Source of the DNA: Anaerolineae bacterium
Lineage (GTDB): Bacteria; Chloroflexota; Anaerolineae; 4572-78; J111
DNA length: 24,000 bases
Direction: 5' to 3'
NCBI GenBank assembly: GCA_016931895.1
Contig: JAFGDY010000227.1
Location: 30,389-54,388, forward strand
The notes beneath the pieces are model-generated. The model did not search any database and had not been told where the DNA came from. It was given only the letters and a program-made list of their open reading frames with translations. The translations under genes were made by a program, and so were the position numbers. This document shows positions 1-7,614 of the stretch, one piece after another (positions within the stretch are counted from its first letter, which is position 1; every line of letters begins with the position of its first letter).

Positions 1-582
1 CAGGTTGTATGTGTCCAAAATTTGGTCCAACTCGGCCTGGCGCGCCGCAATGAATGTTTCATCCTTGATTGAAGATAGATTAATAAGCACGTTCAGGGCC
101 GCGGCCTTTAAACCGGCCTGGGCGCATGCAGCGCCTGCCCCGGCGTCGCTGATGGCATTGGGGTTACCCCTTTCTGCCACTACCCGGCACAGTTCAACCA
201 CTTGGGCACAGGCGCGGGCGGTGGCCAGGGGAGGGAGGGTGGCCTTTTGGGTAGCGGCTTGAATAGCCCCCCGGCGAGCTGCCTTTTGTTCATCTGTAGT
301 TTTGGGCAATCGAAAAGCGGCCATGACGGTATTGAACGCTTCAATATCATCATTTATGAGTTGGGTCAACTCAGTTCGCAGGGCTTCTGATCGGGCCAGG
401 ATGGTTTTCATCTGCGCTTCTATGTGGGCAAATTTTTCTTTGCCAATGGTCAAGTTGCAGACCATACTGACCAGCGCCGCGCCCATAGCGCCGGCAATGG
501 CAGCGGCGCTTCCTCCACCGGGCGTGGCTGTGCCCGCCGCTAATTCATCTAAAAACGGTTGGAGAGGATATGTGTACGTCAT
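1..582 (-). CDS. Cyclodeaminase/cyclohydrolase family protein (FTCD C-terminal-like, folate one-carbon metabolism); C-terminus runs off the window
   Basis: Absent from the ORF track because it has no in-window stop. My reverse-strand translation from ATG (582..580) is open through position 1 (194 codons, no tta/cta/tca triplets in frame): MTYTYPLQPFLDELAAGTATPGGGSAAAIAGAMGAALVSMVCNLTIGKEKF...AFRLPKTTDEQKAARRGAIQAATQKATLPPL...AGAGAACAQAGLKAAALNVLINL. The GGGSAAA..GA.GAAL..MV..LT.GK and AF.LPK motifs are typical of the FTCD_C helical family. GGAG lies 9 nt upstream of the ATG. Confidence 0.8.
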   Translation of the reverse strand, partial: MTYTYPLQPFLDELAAGTATPGGGSAAAIAGAMGAALVSMVCNLTIGKEKFAHIEAQMKTILARSEALRTELTQLINDDIEAFNTVMAAFRLPKTTDEQKAARRGAIQAATQKATLPPLATARACAQVVELCRVVAERGNPNAISDAGAGAACAQAGLKAAALNVLINLSSIKDETFIAARQAELDQILDTYNL

Positions 583-925
583 ATCAAATCACTCCATTGA
601 CTAACCTTCTGCCAGCGGCCACCACAACGCTTTGGGGTAGGCTATTCTTAGCCCCGCCCGGCCCAGATTCCGATAACCGCTCCCGCCGAAACATGATCAC
701 TCCGTTTTTGCTTCAGAAGCTGCCTGAGAAGCATGTCATTTCGACCGATAGGCAAAGGAACTTAGCACGAAATCCCCAAGAGGTTACTTTTTTTATAAAA
801 ACTTTAACCAGCACAATTAAACGGTGAATTTTAGCCAAAGAATACTTCTTTAATTGTCACGCCATAGGGATTTCTCGGCCTATGGCCTCGAAATAACATG
901 CAGGTGAGCAGTTACTAAACATCTA

Positions 926-1891
926 TTATGGCTGGCTATCCGGTGCCGACTCAAGCGGCAATGGTGTTTCGCCTTCAACCGGCGCAGAGTCGCCATCGGC
1001 AGGGATGGGGGTTTGTTCTTCAAGAAGGAGGGGCGTTTCGGTGGGGGGGAGGGCATTGGTTATATCATTCTCGTCGGTCTGCTCAGGTTGGGGAGTCAAC
1101 AGGGCGGGGTCATCTACCTTTTCCCACACCTGATCCACCACCTGGCCTTCTGCCCCCATAATGCCCTTATAATCGCCATTCACGTAAATTTCTACGCCGC
1201 CGCCATTGCCGGCCCGCACCGCCACCCGGCGCTGGCCGGTCCAACTACGAGTTTCGCCGGGCTGGAGAATACCTTCAAATACTTTCACTTCGTCGGCCAA
1301 AATTTGCATCCACGAGGGCTGCTTGATAACTACCTCCACCGTCACCCCGCCATAAACAATGGGCGTAGGAGTATCGGTGGGGGGCAACGGCGTAGGGGTA
1401 GAGCTGGGCGAAGGAGTGACCGTAGGCAGCAACAGGGCCGCATCTTCATCCAGGGCAGTGGTGAGCGGGGTTTTGGTGGGCGTAGGCGTCATTTGGGGCT
1501 GGATAACGGTGTTATAACCAATATAACCCGCGCCGCCAAGCACGGCCACAAAAAGTAAAATACCAATGATCAAATCCCAGGTAATAAAAGGCCGGGGCGC
1601 CATCGAAAGGCTCATAAACTCGATGCCGTGCGGGGTCAGGCGCTGGCCCTTGACCGGCACAATGCCGTTCCCGTCGTATAGGGTCAAAGCTTCGATGGGG
1701 TCCAGATTAAGATACTTAGCGTAGTTGCGGATGAGGCCGCGGGTGATAACCGGCGAGGGAAATGCGCTAAAATTGTTCTCTTCAAGCGCCTCTAACAAAT
1801 GCCGCCGGATGCGCACCGCTTCCGACGCTTCAGCCAGCGTGATACCCTGCTCCTCGCGGGTTGTTCTGAGCAACTCACCCAATTGGGTCAC
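926..1891 (-). CDS. rodZ: RodZ-like morphogenesis protein: N-terminal HTH, one TM helix, PT-rich linker, DUF4115-type C-terminal domain, acidic/Pro tail
   Basis: 321-aa ORF with a GTG start preceded by GGAGA. N-terminus LGELLRTTREEQGITLAEASEAVRIRRHLLEALEENNF is the RodZ-type HTH. TM is WDLIIGILLFVAVLGGAGYIGY. Linker is PTVTPSPSSTPTPLPPTDTPTP. GVTVEVVIKQPSWMQILADEVKVFEGILQPGETRSW...VRAGNGGGVEIYVNG matches the RodZ C-terminal (DUF4115) pattern. Confidence 0.8.
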   Translation of the reverse strand: MTQLGELLRTTREEQGITLAEASEAVRIRRHLLEALEENNFSAFPSPVITRGLIRNYAKYLNLDPIEALTLYDGNGIVPVKGQRLTPHGIEFMSLSMAPRPFITWDLIIGILLFVAVLGGAGYIGYNTVIQPQMTPTPTKTPLTTALDEDAALLLPTVTPSPSSTPTPLPPTDTPTPIVYGGVTVEVVIKQPSWMQILADEVKVFEGILQPGETRSWTGQRRVAVRAGNGGGVEIYVNGDYKGIMGAEGQVVDQVWEKVDDPALLTPQPEQTDENDITNALPPTETPLLLEEQTPIPADGDSAPVEGETPLPLESAPDSQP

Positions 1892-2008
1892 AATCCATCT
1901 CCATTTCCCCAGACCTCGATTTCGGTGGGGAGGTCTTCAAGGTCTTGCTTCAAACTTAAGGCTCTTTTCTTCCCAAAAAAGAGCACCATTGATAAATCGC
2001 GAAACTCT

Positions 2009-2037
2009 ATCTTACTCTCAGAGTTCTAAGAGGTCAA
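2009..2037 (-). promoter_or_regulatory. Candidate sigma70-type promoter for rodZ-like gene
   Basis: The minus strand reads TTGACC (2037..2032), a 17-nt spacer, then TAAGAT (2014..2009). It sits about 115 nt upstream of the GTG at 1891 and just downstream of the FemAB stop. Confidence 0.45.
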
Positions 2038-2065
2038 GTTTTTTGCCTCTTGCGTGAGACACCCG

Positions 2066-3160
2066 TCAATACCTTTTGAGCCGCCGCAGTAACGACCGCA
2101 GCCGGGGCAAAACCACGGTGAAGGCCCAATACAAAGGGCGGTTGGCCGGATAATCAAAAGCGCCCAGTCCTTGCACCACCTGCCCGCCAAACCCCTGTTT
2201 GAAGCGGTAGACTCCCCACATGCCGTCTGCTTTATTAAAAACATCCGGCGCGCCCCACAGGTCGTAACGGGCGCAGCCACGTTCTTTGGCACGCCTCATA
2301 GCCGCCCATTGCAGTAAATGATTAGGCATCAATTGCCGATGTTGTTCGGTAGACGCGCCGTACATATACCAGGCTGTTTGGCCAAAAATGAATAAAATCA
2401 ATCCGGCTACCACCTCATCCTCCACCGCAGCCAGGAGCATTTCGGCCTGACCCGCAGCCAGGAAACGTTGCCATATCTGCCGGTAGTAAGCTTGGGGCCG
2501 GATGAGAAAGCCATCCCGCGCCGCAGTGTGGGCATACATCCGGTAAAACGTGGATATATCGTCGCTGTTCCCTTGGCGGATGGCGACACCTTTTCGTTCG
2601 GCCAGCCGAATGTTATAGCGCCACTTGCTTTTCAGCGCAGCCAACAAGTCATCCGGCTCAAGCGTCAGGTCAACTATCACCGTATTGCGGAATTGAATCT
2701 GTTCCGGGGAAAAATGCCAGCCGCGTTGAGCCAACATATCGAGCATAGCTTGCCCCCCAAGTTCAAATGGTTGACCGGCTTGCGGCTCGCCGTATTGAAG
2801 TGGCACGTCGGGGTCTATTTTGATAAAAAGGGCGCGCGTTTGTTTGGCGTAACGTTCCAAATCGCCCAAAACTTGGTTGGTCAGGGTGTCATTGGCGTAA
2901 TCAAGAGCCGGGCCTTTAGGCGCATAAAGAAAACTCCAGGGCGTGTGCGGAATGAGTCGGCGTAAAATTTGGGCTGCGGCAACCGGCGTGTCCAACTCAA
3001 GCCACAACAGGCGCTCGGCAGTCCAACCCCAATCACTTTTGCAGTCGCCCCAGGTCCAGGTTTGCAGAACGTGAGGATCAGGCAAAGAGAGAAGCGCCTG
3101 GTCCCAATCAGCCCGGCTATGGATAGTCTTAAATTTAGGGAGTTTAGGATAATTTGGCAC
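2066..3160 (-). CDS. FemAB-family peptidoglycan interpeptide-bridge aminoacyltransferase (lipid II:amino acid transferase type)
   Basis: 364-aa ORF. N-terminus has ADWDQALLSLPDPHVLQTWTWGDCKSDWGW, the usual W-D-x-F/L...Q-x-x-W pattern. The C-terminal half has NHLLQWAAMRRAKERGCARYDLWGAP, typical of the FemAB/GNAT-fold family. GTG start at 3160 has no clear SD, so the start is uncertain. Confidence 0.78.
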   Translation of the reverse strand: MPNYPKLPKFKTIHSRADWDQALLSLPDPHVLQTWTWGDCKSDWGWTAERLLWLELDTPVAAAQILRRLIPHTPWSFLYAPKGPALDYANDTLTNQVLGDLERYAKQTRALFIKIDPDVPLQYGEPQAGQPFELGGQAMLDMLAQRGWHFSPEQIQFRNTVIVDLTLEPDDLLAALKSKWRYNIRLAERKGVAIRQGNSDDISTFYRMYAHTAARDGFLIRPQAYYRQIWQRFLAAGQAEMLLAAVEDEVVAGLILFIFGQTAWYMYGASTEQHRQLMPNHLLQWAAMRRAKERGCARYDLWGAPDVFNKADGMWGVYRFKQGFGGQVVQGLGAFDYPANRPLYWAFTVVLPRLRSLLRRLKRY

Positions 3161-3178
3161 TATTCGGTTGAAAGCAGC

Positions 3179-4438
3179 CTATACCGCCACAACTTGTCGC
3201 GGCTGCCACAAAACTAATAGAAGCACGGCAGCCAGGGCCAAAATTGCGCCAAAAAGAAACGGCGCGCCCGGCCCCAAGCCCGACCAACCACCAAACCCCT
3301 GCCACAATATCCCGGCAATAAAGCTGGCCGGAAAGGCAGTCAACCCGATAGCGGCGTTGTACACCCCGTAAGCCGTACCCCGCTGCTCAGGCTGGACCAG
3401 ATCGGCCACCAAAGCTTTGCCCACCCCTTCGGTTATGGCGTAGTACAGGCCATAGAGGGCAAAAAGCAACCAAACCTGCCAGATTGCTCCGGCCAGGGCA
3501 AAGCCCAGGTAAATAAAGGCGTAAATCAACCAGCCGGTCACAATAAGCCGCCGCCGGCCCCAGCGGTCCGACAAAGCGCCCGCGGGACCAGAGATCAGGG
3601 CGTAGATCAAATTAAAGGTAATCAGCATGCCAATTACGCCTAACACATTCAAACCACGTTCTTGGGCGCGCAGGATGATGAAGGCGTCGGAGGAATTGCC
3701 CAGGGTGAACAGAACCATCACCACCAGAAATCGTTTAAAGGGAAGGGCAAAGCCTTTTAGCGACAGGCTGGGCACACGTTGAGCCACGCCGCTTGTGGTT
3801 AGCACATCTTTGGCCCCCACAGCCAGCACCAATACGGCCAACCCGGCTGGAATAATGCTCAACAAGACCACGGTTTGAAAAGCCGGTCGGGCCAGGGTCA
3901 GGCTGCTGCCCTGCCAGGCCCAAATAACACCCAAGGTGATCAACAAACCAATAAAAGCGCCGGCCGTATCACCGGCCCGGTGCAAACCAAAGGCCAGGCC
4001 CCGGCGGCGTTCGGTGATACTGTCGGCAATGAGGGCGTCGCGGGGAGCGGTGCGGATGCCCTTACCTACCCGGTCGGTAAAACGCACGCCCAAAACCCAA
4101 CCCCAAGTATTGGCAAAATATAAAAAGGGTTTGGCCAGGGTTGATAGGCCATAACCGGCCACAGCCAGCCACTTGCGTTGACCAAGCCGGTCGCTCAACC
4201 AACCGGAGAAGACCTTCAGCAAACTGGCCGCCATCTCTGCGATACCCTCAATCAAACCAATAACGCCGGTTCGCACACCCAACACATTGGCCAGAAAAAG
4301 AGGCACCAGATTGAGCACCATCTCGCTGGAAACATCGGTGAGGAAGCTGGTGATGGTGATTACCCAAACATTGCGGGGCAGGTCACCCATGCCAGTGGCG
4401 GCTGACGGCGATAAATTGATCTTATGAGACCAAGCCAT
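3179..4438 (-). CDS. MFS transporter
   Basis: 419-aa ORF with about 12 hydrophobic segments and the MFS loop motif GWLSDRLGQRKW between TM2 and TM3, repeated in the second half as GALSDRWGRRR. ATG is preceded by GGGAGAGGG. Confidence 0.85.
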   Translation of the reverse strand: MAWSHKINLSPSAATGMGDLPRNVWVITITSFLTDVSSEMVLNLVPLFLANVLGVRTGVIGLIEGIAEMAASLLKVFSGWLSDRLGQRKWLAVAGYGLSTLAKPFLYFANTWGWVLGVRFTDRVGKGIRTAPRDALIADSITERRRGLAFGLHRAGDTAGAFIGLLITLGVIWAWQGSSLTLARPAFQTVVLLSIIPAGLAVLVLAVGAKDVLTTSGVAQRVPSLSLKGFALPFKRFLVVMVLFTLGNSSDAFIILRAQERGLNVLGVIGMLITFNLIYALISGPAGALSDRWGRRRLIVTGWLIYAFIYLGFALAGAIWQVWLLFALYGLYYAITEGVGKALVADLVQPEQRGTAYGVYNAAIGLTAFPASFIAGILWQGFGGWSGLGPGAPFLFGAILALAAVLLLVLWQPRQVVAV

Positions 4439-4478
4439 AGCAGTAAACCCTCTCCCTTTTAAAATAAGTCCGGCCCAT

Positions 4479-4507
4479 ACTATATGTGGTCAGCCGATTT
4501 ACGTCAA
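4479..4507 (-). promoter_or_regulatory. Candidate sigma70-type promoter for the MFS-FemAB transcription unit
   Basis: The minus strand reads TTGACG (4507..4502), a 17-nt spacer, then TATAGT (4484..4479), about 40 nt upstream of the MFS ATG. Confidence 0.5.
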
Positions 4508-4578
4508 TTTTGGGAGTGTGTGTTATACTATGGCTTTGCTTGTAAACATAGTGCTCCAGAATTTTTTTCAGTGAAACA

Positions 4579-4631
4579 GGTAGCAAGCAGAGTAGCAAAC
4601 TTTTTATCTGTTTATCTGCTACCTTGCTACC
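4579..4631. repeat. Nested inverted/direct repeat (GGTAGCAAG...GTAGCA...TGCTAC.CTTGCTACC) downstream of the large membrane-protein gene; possible RNA hairpin or protein-binding array
   Basis: The outer arms GGTAGCAAG (4579..4587) and CTTGCTACC (4623..4631) give 9 bp. The inner arms GTAGCA (4592..4597) and TGCTAC (4617..4622) give 6 bp. The central part contains ATCTGTTTATCTG. No U-tract follows on the minus strand, so this is not a canonical intrinsic terminator. Confidence 0.35.
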
Positions 4632-4663
4632 TGATACCCTGTTTTCTGGCCATCTATATCAGC

Positions 4664-7552
4664 CTATTCCTGACGTCCCTCAACCCGAATCCAATCCACC
4701 ACTGCGGCCACAGCGGGTTCGGTCAAACCCCAGGCCGTGGTGAGGCCAACCGGGCGGAGAGGGTCCAGCAACTCAATGGCCGCACCGCCGGTTTGGCCGG
4801 TTTGGCCGATAAGGGCGTGGCTACAGCGAAAACAGCCGCGTAAGTCACCTCTTGCGCCCAGGGATTGAAGGGCCGCCGCCGCTTCTTGGCTCAAACTGGC
4901 GCTGGCTTCGTCTGCCGCCGTCGCCACCACCATCTCCTGGGGCGGGGCCGCCTCAATAAAACCGGCCAGGCCGGCCGAAGCAGCCGGGTCAAGATGGGTG
5001 TCAAAATGAGCGGCCCGGATGTCGCCGTTGGCCTGGATCAGGGCCACGTTGTAGCCGCGTTGGTTGGGGGAAACCTGATGACCATTGACAAAAATGTGGC
5101 CAAAGCTGCCCACTTCTTGCCCGGCGCTGAGCACGGTCACATCCAGAGGGGGGGTGTTGGGGCCGGGGAAAGGCAGTTTAGTGACCCCGGCAAAATGCAG
5201 GCGAAGGTCGTTGAGGCCGGGTTGGACGATGCCTGCGGGCAGGTCAAACGTTATTTCCTGCCACGCTGCGCCAAAACTCTGTGGCGGCGATTGCCAGCCG
5301 TTCAAGGCCAACGAAACCGATTGGGGCGTGGCCTGGATGGTCTCATCAGGTAAGCGTATGTGTAGCGTAATTTGTTGTGCCCCGGCCCTTAAGGGCAGCA
5401 GCAGGCGAGCCTCCCGGCGTTGGGCCGTTAGCGGCCGGCCAGGGCTGAGCAGCCCCCAGCCTTCGCCAAAGTAGAGGGGGGCCAGGGGAGAGCCGGTTTT
5501 TATGAGGAGTTCAGGTCTTAAGCTGGACTCCTGGTTGGTATGCTCAACCCGATAAACAATGATATTGGTTTCATTGTGAATTTTTTGGACCGGGAAAACA
5601 GCTTCAATATAGGGCATGGCGGCCTGGGGTGTGACACCTGGGTTGCCGGAAAAATCGGGCCGCACGACAATGTATTTGATATTAAAAAAGTCTAATACCT
5701 GGGCAGCAATAACCCGGTCGGCGGCTTGCCGGGCCGGGGGTAACGATTTGCCGGTTTCCAGCGCCAGCAGAGAGTTGATGATGGGGGCGTTGGTGAAGTA
5801 TTGGAACTTGAATTCGGGGTTGCGGCTGGTGTTGCCCTGCAATAAACTTTTTTGATGCGTGGTTTGATAGAATTGGCCGAACATAAATTGCGTGGTCAAC
5901 GGGCCGGTCACGCGAAAGCCGTTGCGCCAGGCCAGAGGAAGGTCGAGTACGGTAAAATCCTCGGCCTCGGCAGCAATGAGGCGGTAGGGTGGGGGCAGGC
6001 GCATATCGGATTGCGGCAGGGGCAGGGAAAGGTGTTCAAAGAGGAAGAGGAGGAAAATGAAAAAAAAGACCACATACGCGGTAAGTTGTTTTGAAGATAT
6101 TACGTCTGGCGTATGGCGTATTTGGGGCTTTACGGATATAGAAGAAATTCCGCTCAAACGATGACGTTCACCAAGCCAGTGCCCAATCTGCACCAGGGCA
6201 AACCCGGCCAAAACACTCAGGCTCAGCAGCAGCATTACGCTATAGCGGCTGGGGTAACGATTGCCCTTAAAAAAAGGGAGGCTTTGCAGCACCACAAAAG
6301 GGCCGGGCAGGCTGGTGGCTTGTCCCTTGATGGTGACAACCGGGCCAAGACACAGCAGGGCAAAAACAAAAGCGGCAATGAGCCAGAAACGGATCCGGGC
6401 ATAGCGATAGCCCGTAACCAGGCTCACCAGCAGCAGGCCCAACAGCACCAAGCCGATGAAAATGTGCTGGCCAATGCTGTAATGAATTCCCGTTTGGGCA
6501 ACCAAATGGCCCAACAACGGGTGGCGCATGGTGGGTATCACAAAACCAAACAGGTCGGCGCTGAAGGCATCGGCAAAACCGGCCCCTTGGGCCATAAAGT
6601 CGCCTTCAGCCAGCATGTCGGGCAGCATTTGGGCCAAAATGGGGCTGAGCCCCAGGGCCAGGGTGAAACCCATTACCAGGGCCGCCCGCAGGTGCAGCAG
6701 GGGAGACGCGGCAGGAGCAAAGGCGGGATTTCGCCATTTGCGGAGGGCATAGCGGCCCAGGCCATAAACCCAGTAGAGACCAATGAACACCACCATAAAG
6801 GAGGCGTAGGTCATTTCAGCCCAGGCTTGAAAGGTCAAAAAGAGACCGGCCATAAACGGCTCTTTCAGCCGGCGGGGATGGTGGCCGGTACGCAGAATGT
6901 ACAACGCCGCCAAGGGAATCCAATGGCTGCTGGCAATATTGAATTGACCCAGGGCCACGTAAAAAAGTTTACTGCTGGCAAAAACATAAAAACCTCCGGC
7001 CATGGCCGCGCTGAACCAAAGGAGGCTGCCGTCTGGGGTATTTTCTGCACCCGGCGGTCTTTTGTCAGGGGCCGGCAAAGTGGAGAGAATATACCGCACC
7101 AACAGAAAGGCGCCATATCCGCCAAGCATAAAGGTAAAAAGCATGTGCAGATTGCTGGCAATGATCACGCCCCCGTTCAAGGTGAGCGGCAACGCAGTGA
7201 CCGCATTGAGGGCCGTGAGGGTATAAAAGGCCAGGTTGATACCGATGGGGTAAAATATAAAATCAGTTTGAAAAGGGTTTTGGGGAGCGTTAAGCAAAGC
7301 GTATTTGACCCACCACAAATTCCAGGCCAGGGCCGGGTCGTCGGCGCCATCGCCGGGCAGGTGAGTGGTGGGGTGGGTGATGGTGGGCCAGGTTAAGGCT
7401 ATGGCCAGGAGAAAATAAACCAGCAAGAGAAGCAAGTTGGGATAAACCCAAGCGCGGTTTGGGGCTATCGGCGACGGGTTATGTTTTGCCAGAAACTTAA
7501 AATGCACAAAAAACGCCCTGCGAGTATAATGTCCAAATCCAGATTGTACCAT
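4664..7552 (-). CDS. Large polytopic membrane protein: GT-C-like (putative glycosyltransferase) N-terminal half, extracytoplasmic region, C-terminal ILEI/PANDER-like (FAM3-type) domain
   Basis: The ORF is open from TTG 7585. I prefer ATG 7552 because it lies downstream of a TATAAT box at 7576..7571. After TM1 comes an acidic loop HLPGDGADDPALAWNLWWVKY, followed by more than 10 hydrophobic helices. The C-terminal ~125 aa (about nt 4772..5146) read SAGQEVGSFGHIFVNGHQVSPNQRGYNVALIQANGDIRAAHFDTHLDPAASAGLAGFIEAAPPQEMVVATAADEASASLSQEAAAALQSLGARGDLRGCFRCSHALIGQTG. This follows the ILEI domain pattern (RG.N..v.d...G.....FDT......l..fi...p....v.....DEas..L.....al..lG......R.s.a.iG). Confidence 0.75.
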   Translation of the reverse strand: MVQSGFGHYTRRAFFVHFKFLAKHNPSPIAPNRAWVYPNLLLLLVYFLLAIALTWPTITHPTTHLPGDGADDPALAWNLWWVKYALLNAPQNPFQTDFIFYPIGINLAFYTLTALNAVTALPLTLNGGVIIASNLHMLFTFMLGGYGAFLLVRYILSTLPAPDKRPPGAENTPDGSLLWFSAAMAGGFYVFASSKLFYVALGQFNIASSHWIPLAALYILRTGHHPRRLKEPFMAGLFLTFQAWAEMTYASFMVVFIGLYWVYGLGRYALRKWRNPAFAPAASPLLHLRAALVMGFTLALGLSPILAQMLPDMLAEGDFMAQGAGFADAFSADLFGFVIPTMRHPLLGHLVAQTGIHYSIGQHIFIGLVLLGLLLVSLVTGYRYARIRFWLIAAFVFALLCLGPVVTIKGQATSLPGPFVVLQSLPFFKGNRYPSRYSVMLLLSLSVLAGFALVQIGHWLGERHRLSGISSISVKPQIRHTPDVISSKQLTAYVVFFFIFLLFLFEHLSLPLPQSDMRLPPPYRLIAAEAEDFTVLDLPLAWRNGFRVTGPLTTQFMFGQFYQTTHQKSLLQGNTSRNPEFKFQYFTNAPIINSLLALETGKSLPPARQAADRVIAAQVLDFFNIKYIVVRPDFSGNPGVTPQAAMPYIEAVFPVQKIHNETNIIVYRVEHTNQESSLRPELLIKTGSPLAPLYFGEGWGLLSPGRPLTAQRREARLLLPLRAGAQQITLHIRLPDETIQATPQSVSLALNGWQSPPQSFGAAWQEITFDLPAGIVQPGLNDLRLHFAGVTKLPFPGPNTPPLDVTVLSAGQEVGSFGHIFVNGHQVSPNQRGYNVALIQANGDIRAAHFDTHLDPAASAGLAGFIEAAPPQEMVVATAADEASASLSQEAAAALQSLGARGDLRGCFRCSHALIGQTGQTGGAAIELLDPLRPVGLTTAWGLTEPAVAAVVDWIRVEGRQE

Positions 7553-7570
7553 TGGCCTATGAGGGTCGCA

Positions 7571-7576
7571 ATTATA
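7571..7576 (-). promoter_or_regulatory. Candidate -10 box (TATAAT on minus strand) for the large membrane-protein gene
   Basis: The plus strand reads ATTATA at 7571..7576, which is TATAAT on the minus strand, 19 nt upstream of ATG 7552. There is no good -35. It sits back-to-back with the plus-strand -10 across the palindrome CCACAACTTTGTGG. Confidence 0.4.
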
Positions 7577-7590
7577 TAACCACAACTTTG

Positions 7591-7599
7591 TGGTATAAT
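7591..7599 (+). promoter_or_regulatory. Candidate extended -10 promoter (TGgTATAAT) for the lipid kinase-plsY-REC operon
   Basis: TGGTATAAT at 7591..7599 fits the extended -10 consensus TGnTATAAT. The ATG at 7615 is only 15 nt downstream, implying a very short leader. Confidence 0.45.
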
Positions 7600-7614
7600 G
7601 GAAGACAGCAAACC

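Noticed and set aside
5-604. Three overlapping plus-strand ORFs (5..262, 202..390, 302..604)
   Set aside because: The minus strand here gives a continuous 194-codon FTCD_C-like protein with clear family motifs. The plus-strand ORFs are short, overlapping and featureless.
583-925. ZTP (pfl) or THF riboswitch upstream of the folate-related FTCD_C gene
   Set aside because: CCGGGCGG and GCCGCTGGCAG strings superficially resemble ZTP elements. The GACUGGCG-type 5' strand and the CCGCCUGGGC 3' pseudoknot strand are not present in the right form. This is not supportable without a covariance-model scan.
1013-1558. 181-aa plus-strand ORF (and 928..1161) antisense to the rodZ-like gene
   Set aside because: The translation is Arg/Gly-rich low complexity. 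The minus frame carries HTH, TM and DUF4115 signatures.
1961-1986. Hairpin GCTCTTTT...AAAAGAGC as terminator of the FemAB gene
   Set aside because: It lies downstream of the rodZ promoter candidate, within the rodZ leader. It is AT-rich with 8 bp and lacks a clean U-tract after the stem on the minus strand, so the terminator call is not supportable.
6113-7396. 427-aa plus-strand ORF antisense to the large membrane-protein gene
   Set aside because: The translation is low-complexity (Q/G/H/K-rich) with no recognisable motifs. It is fully embedded opposite a gene with strong TM and domain signals, which is the typical shadow ORF of GC-rich coding DNA.
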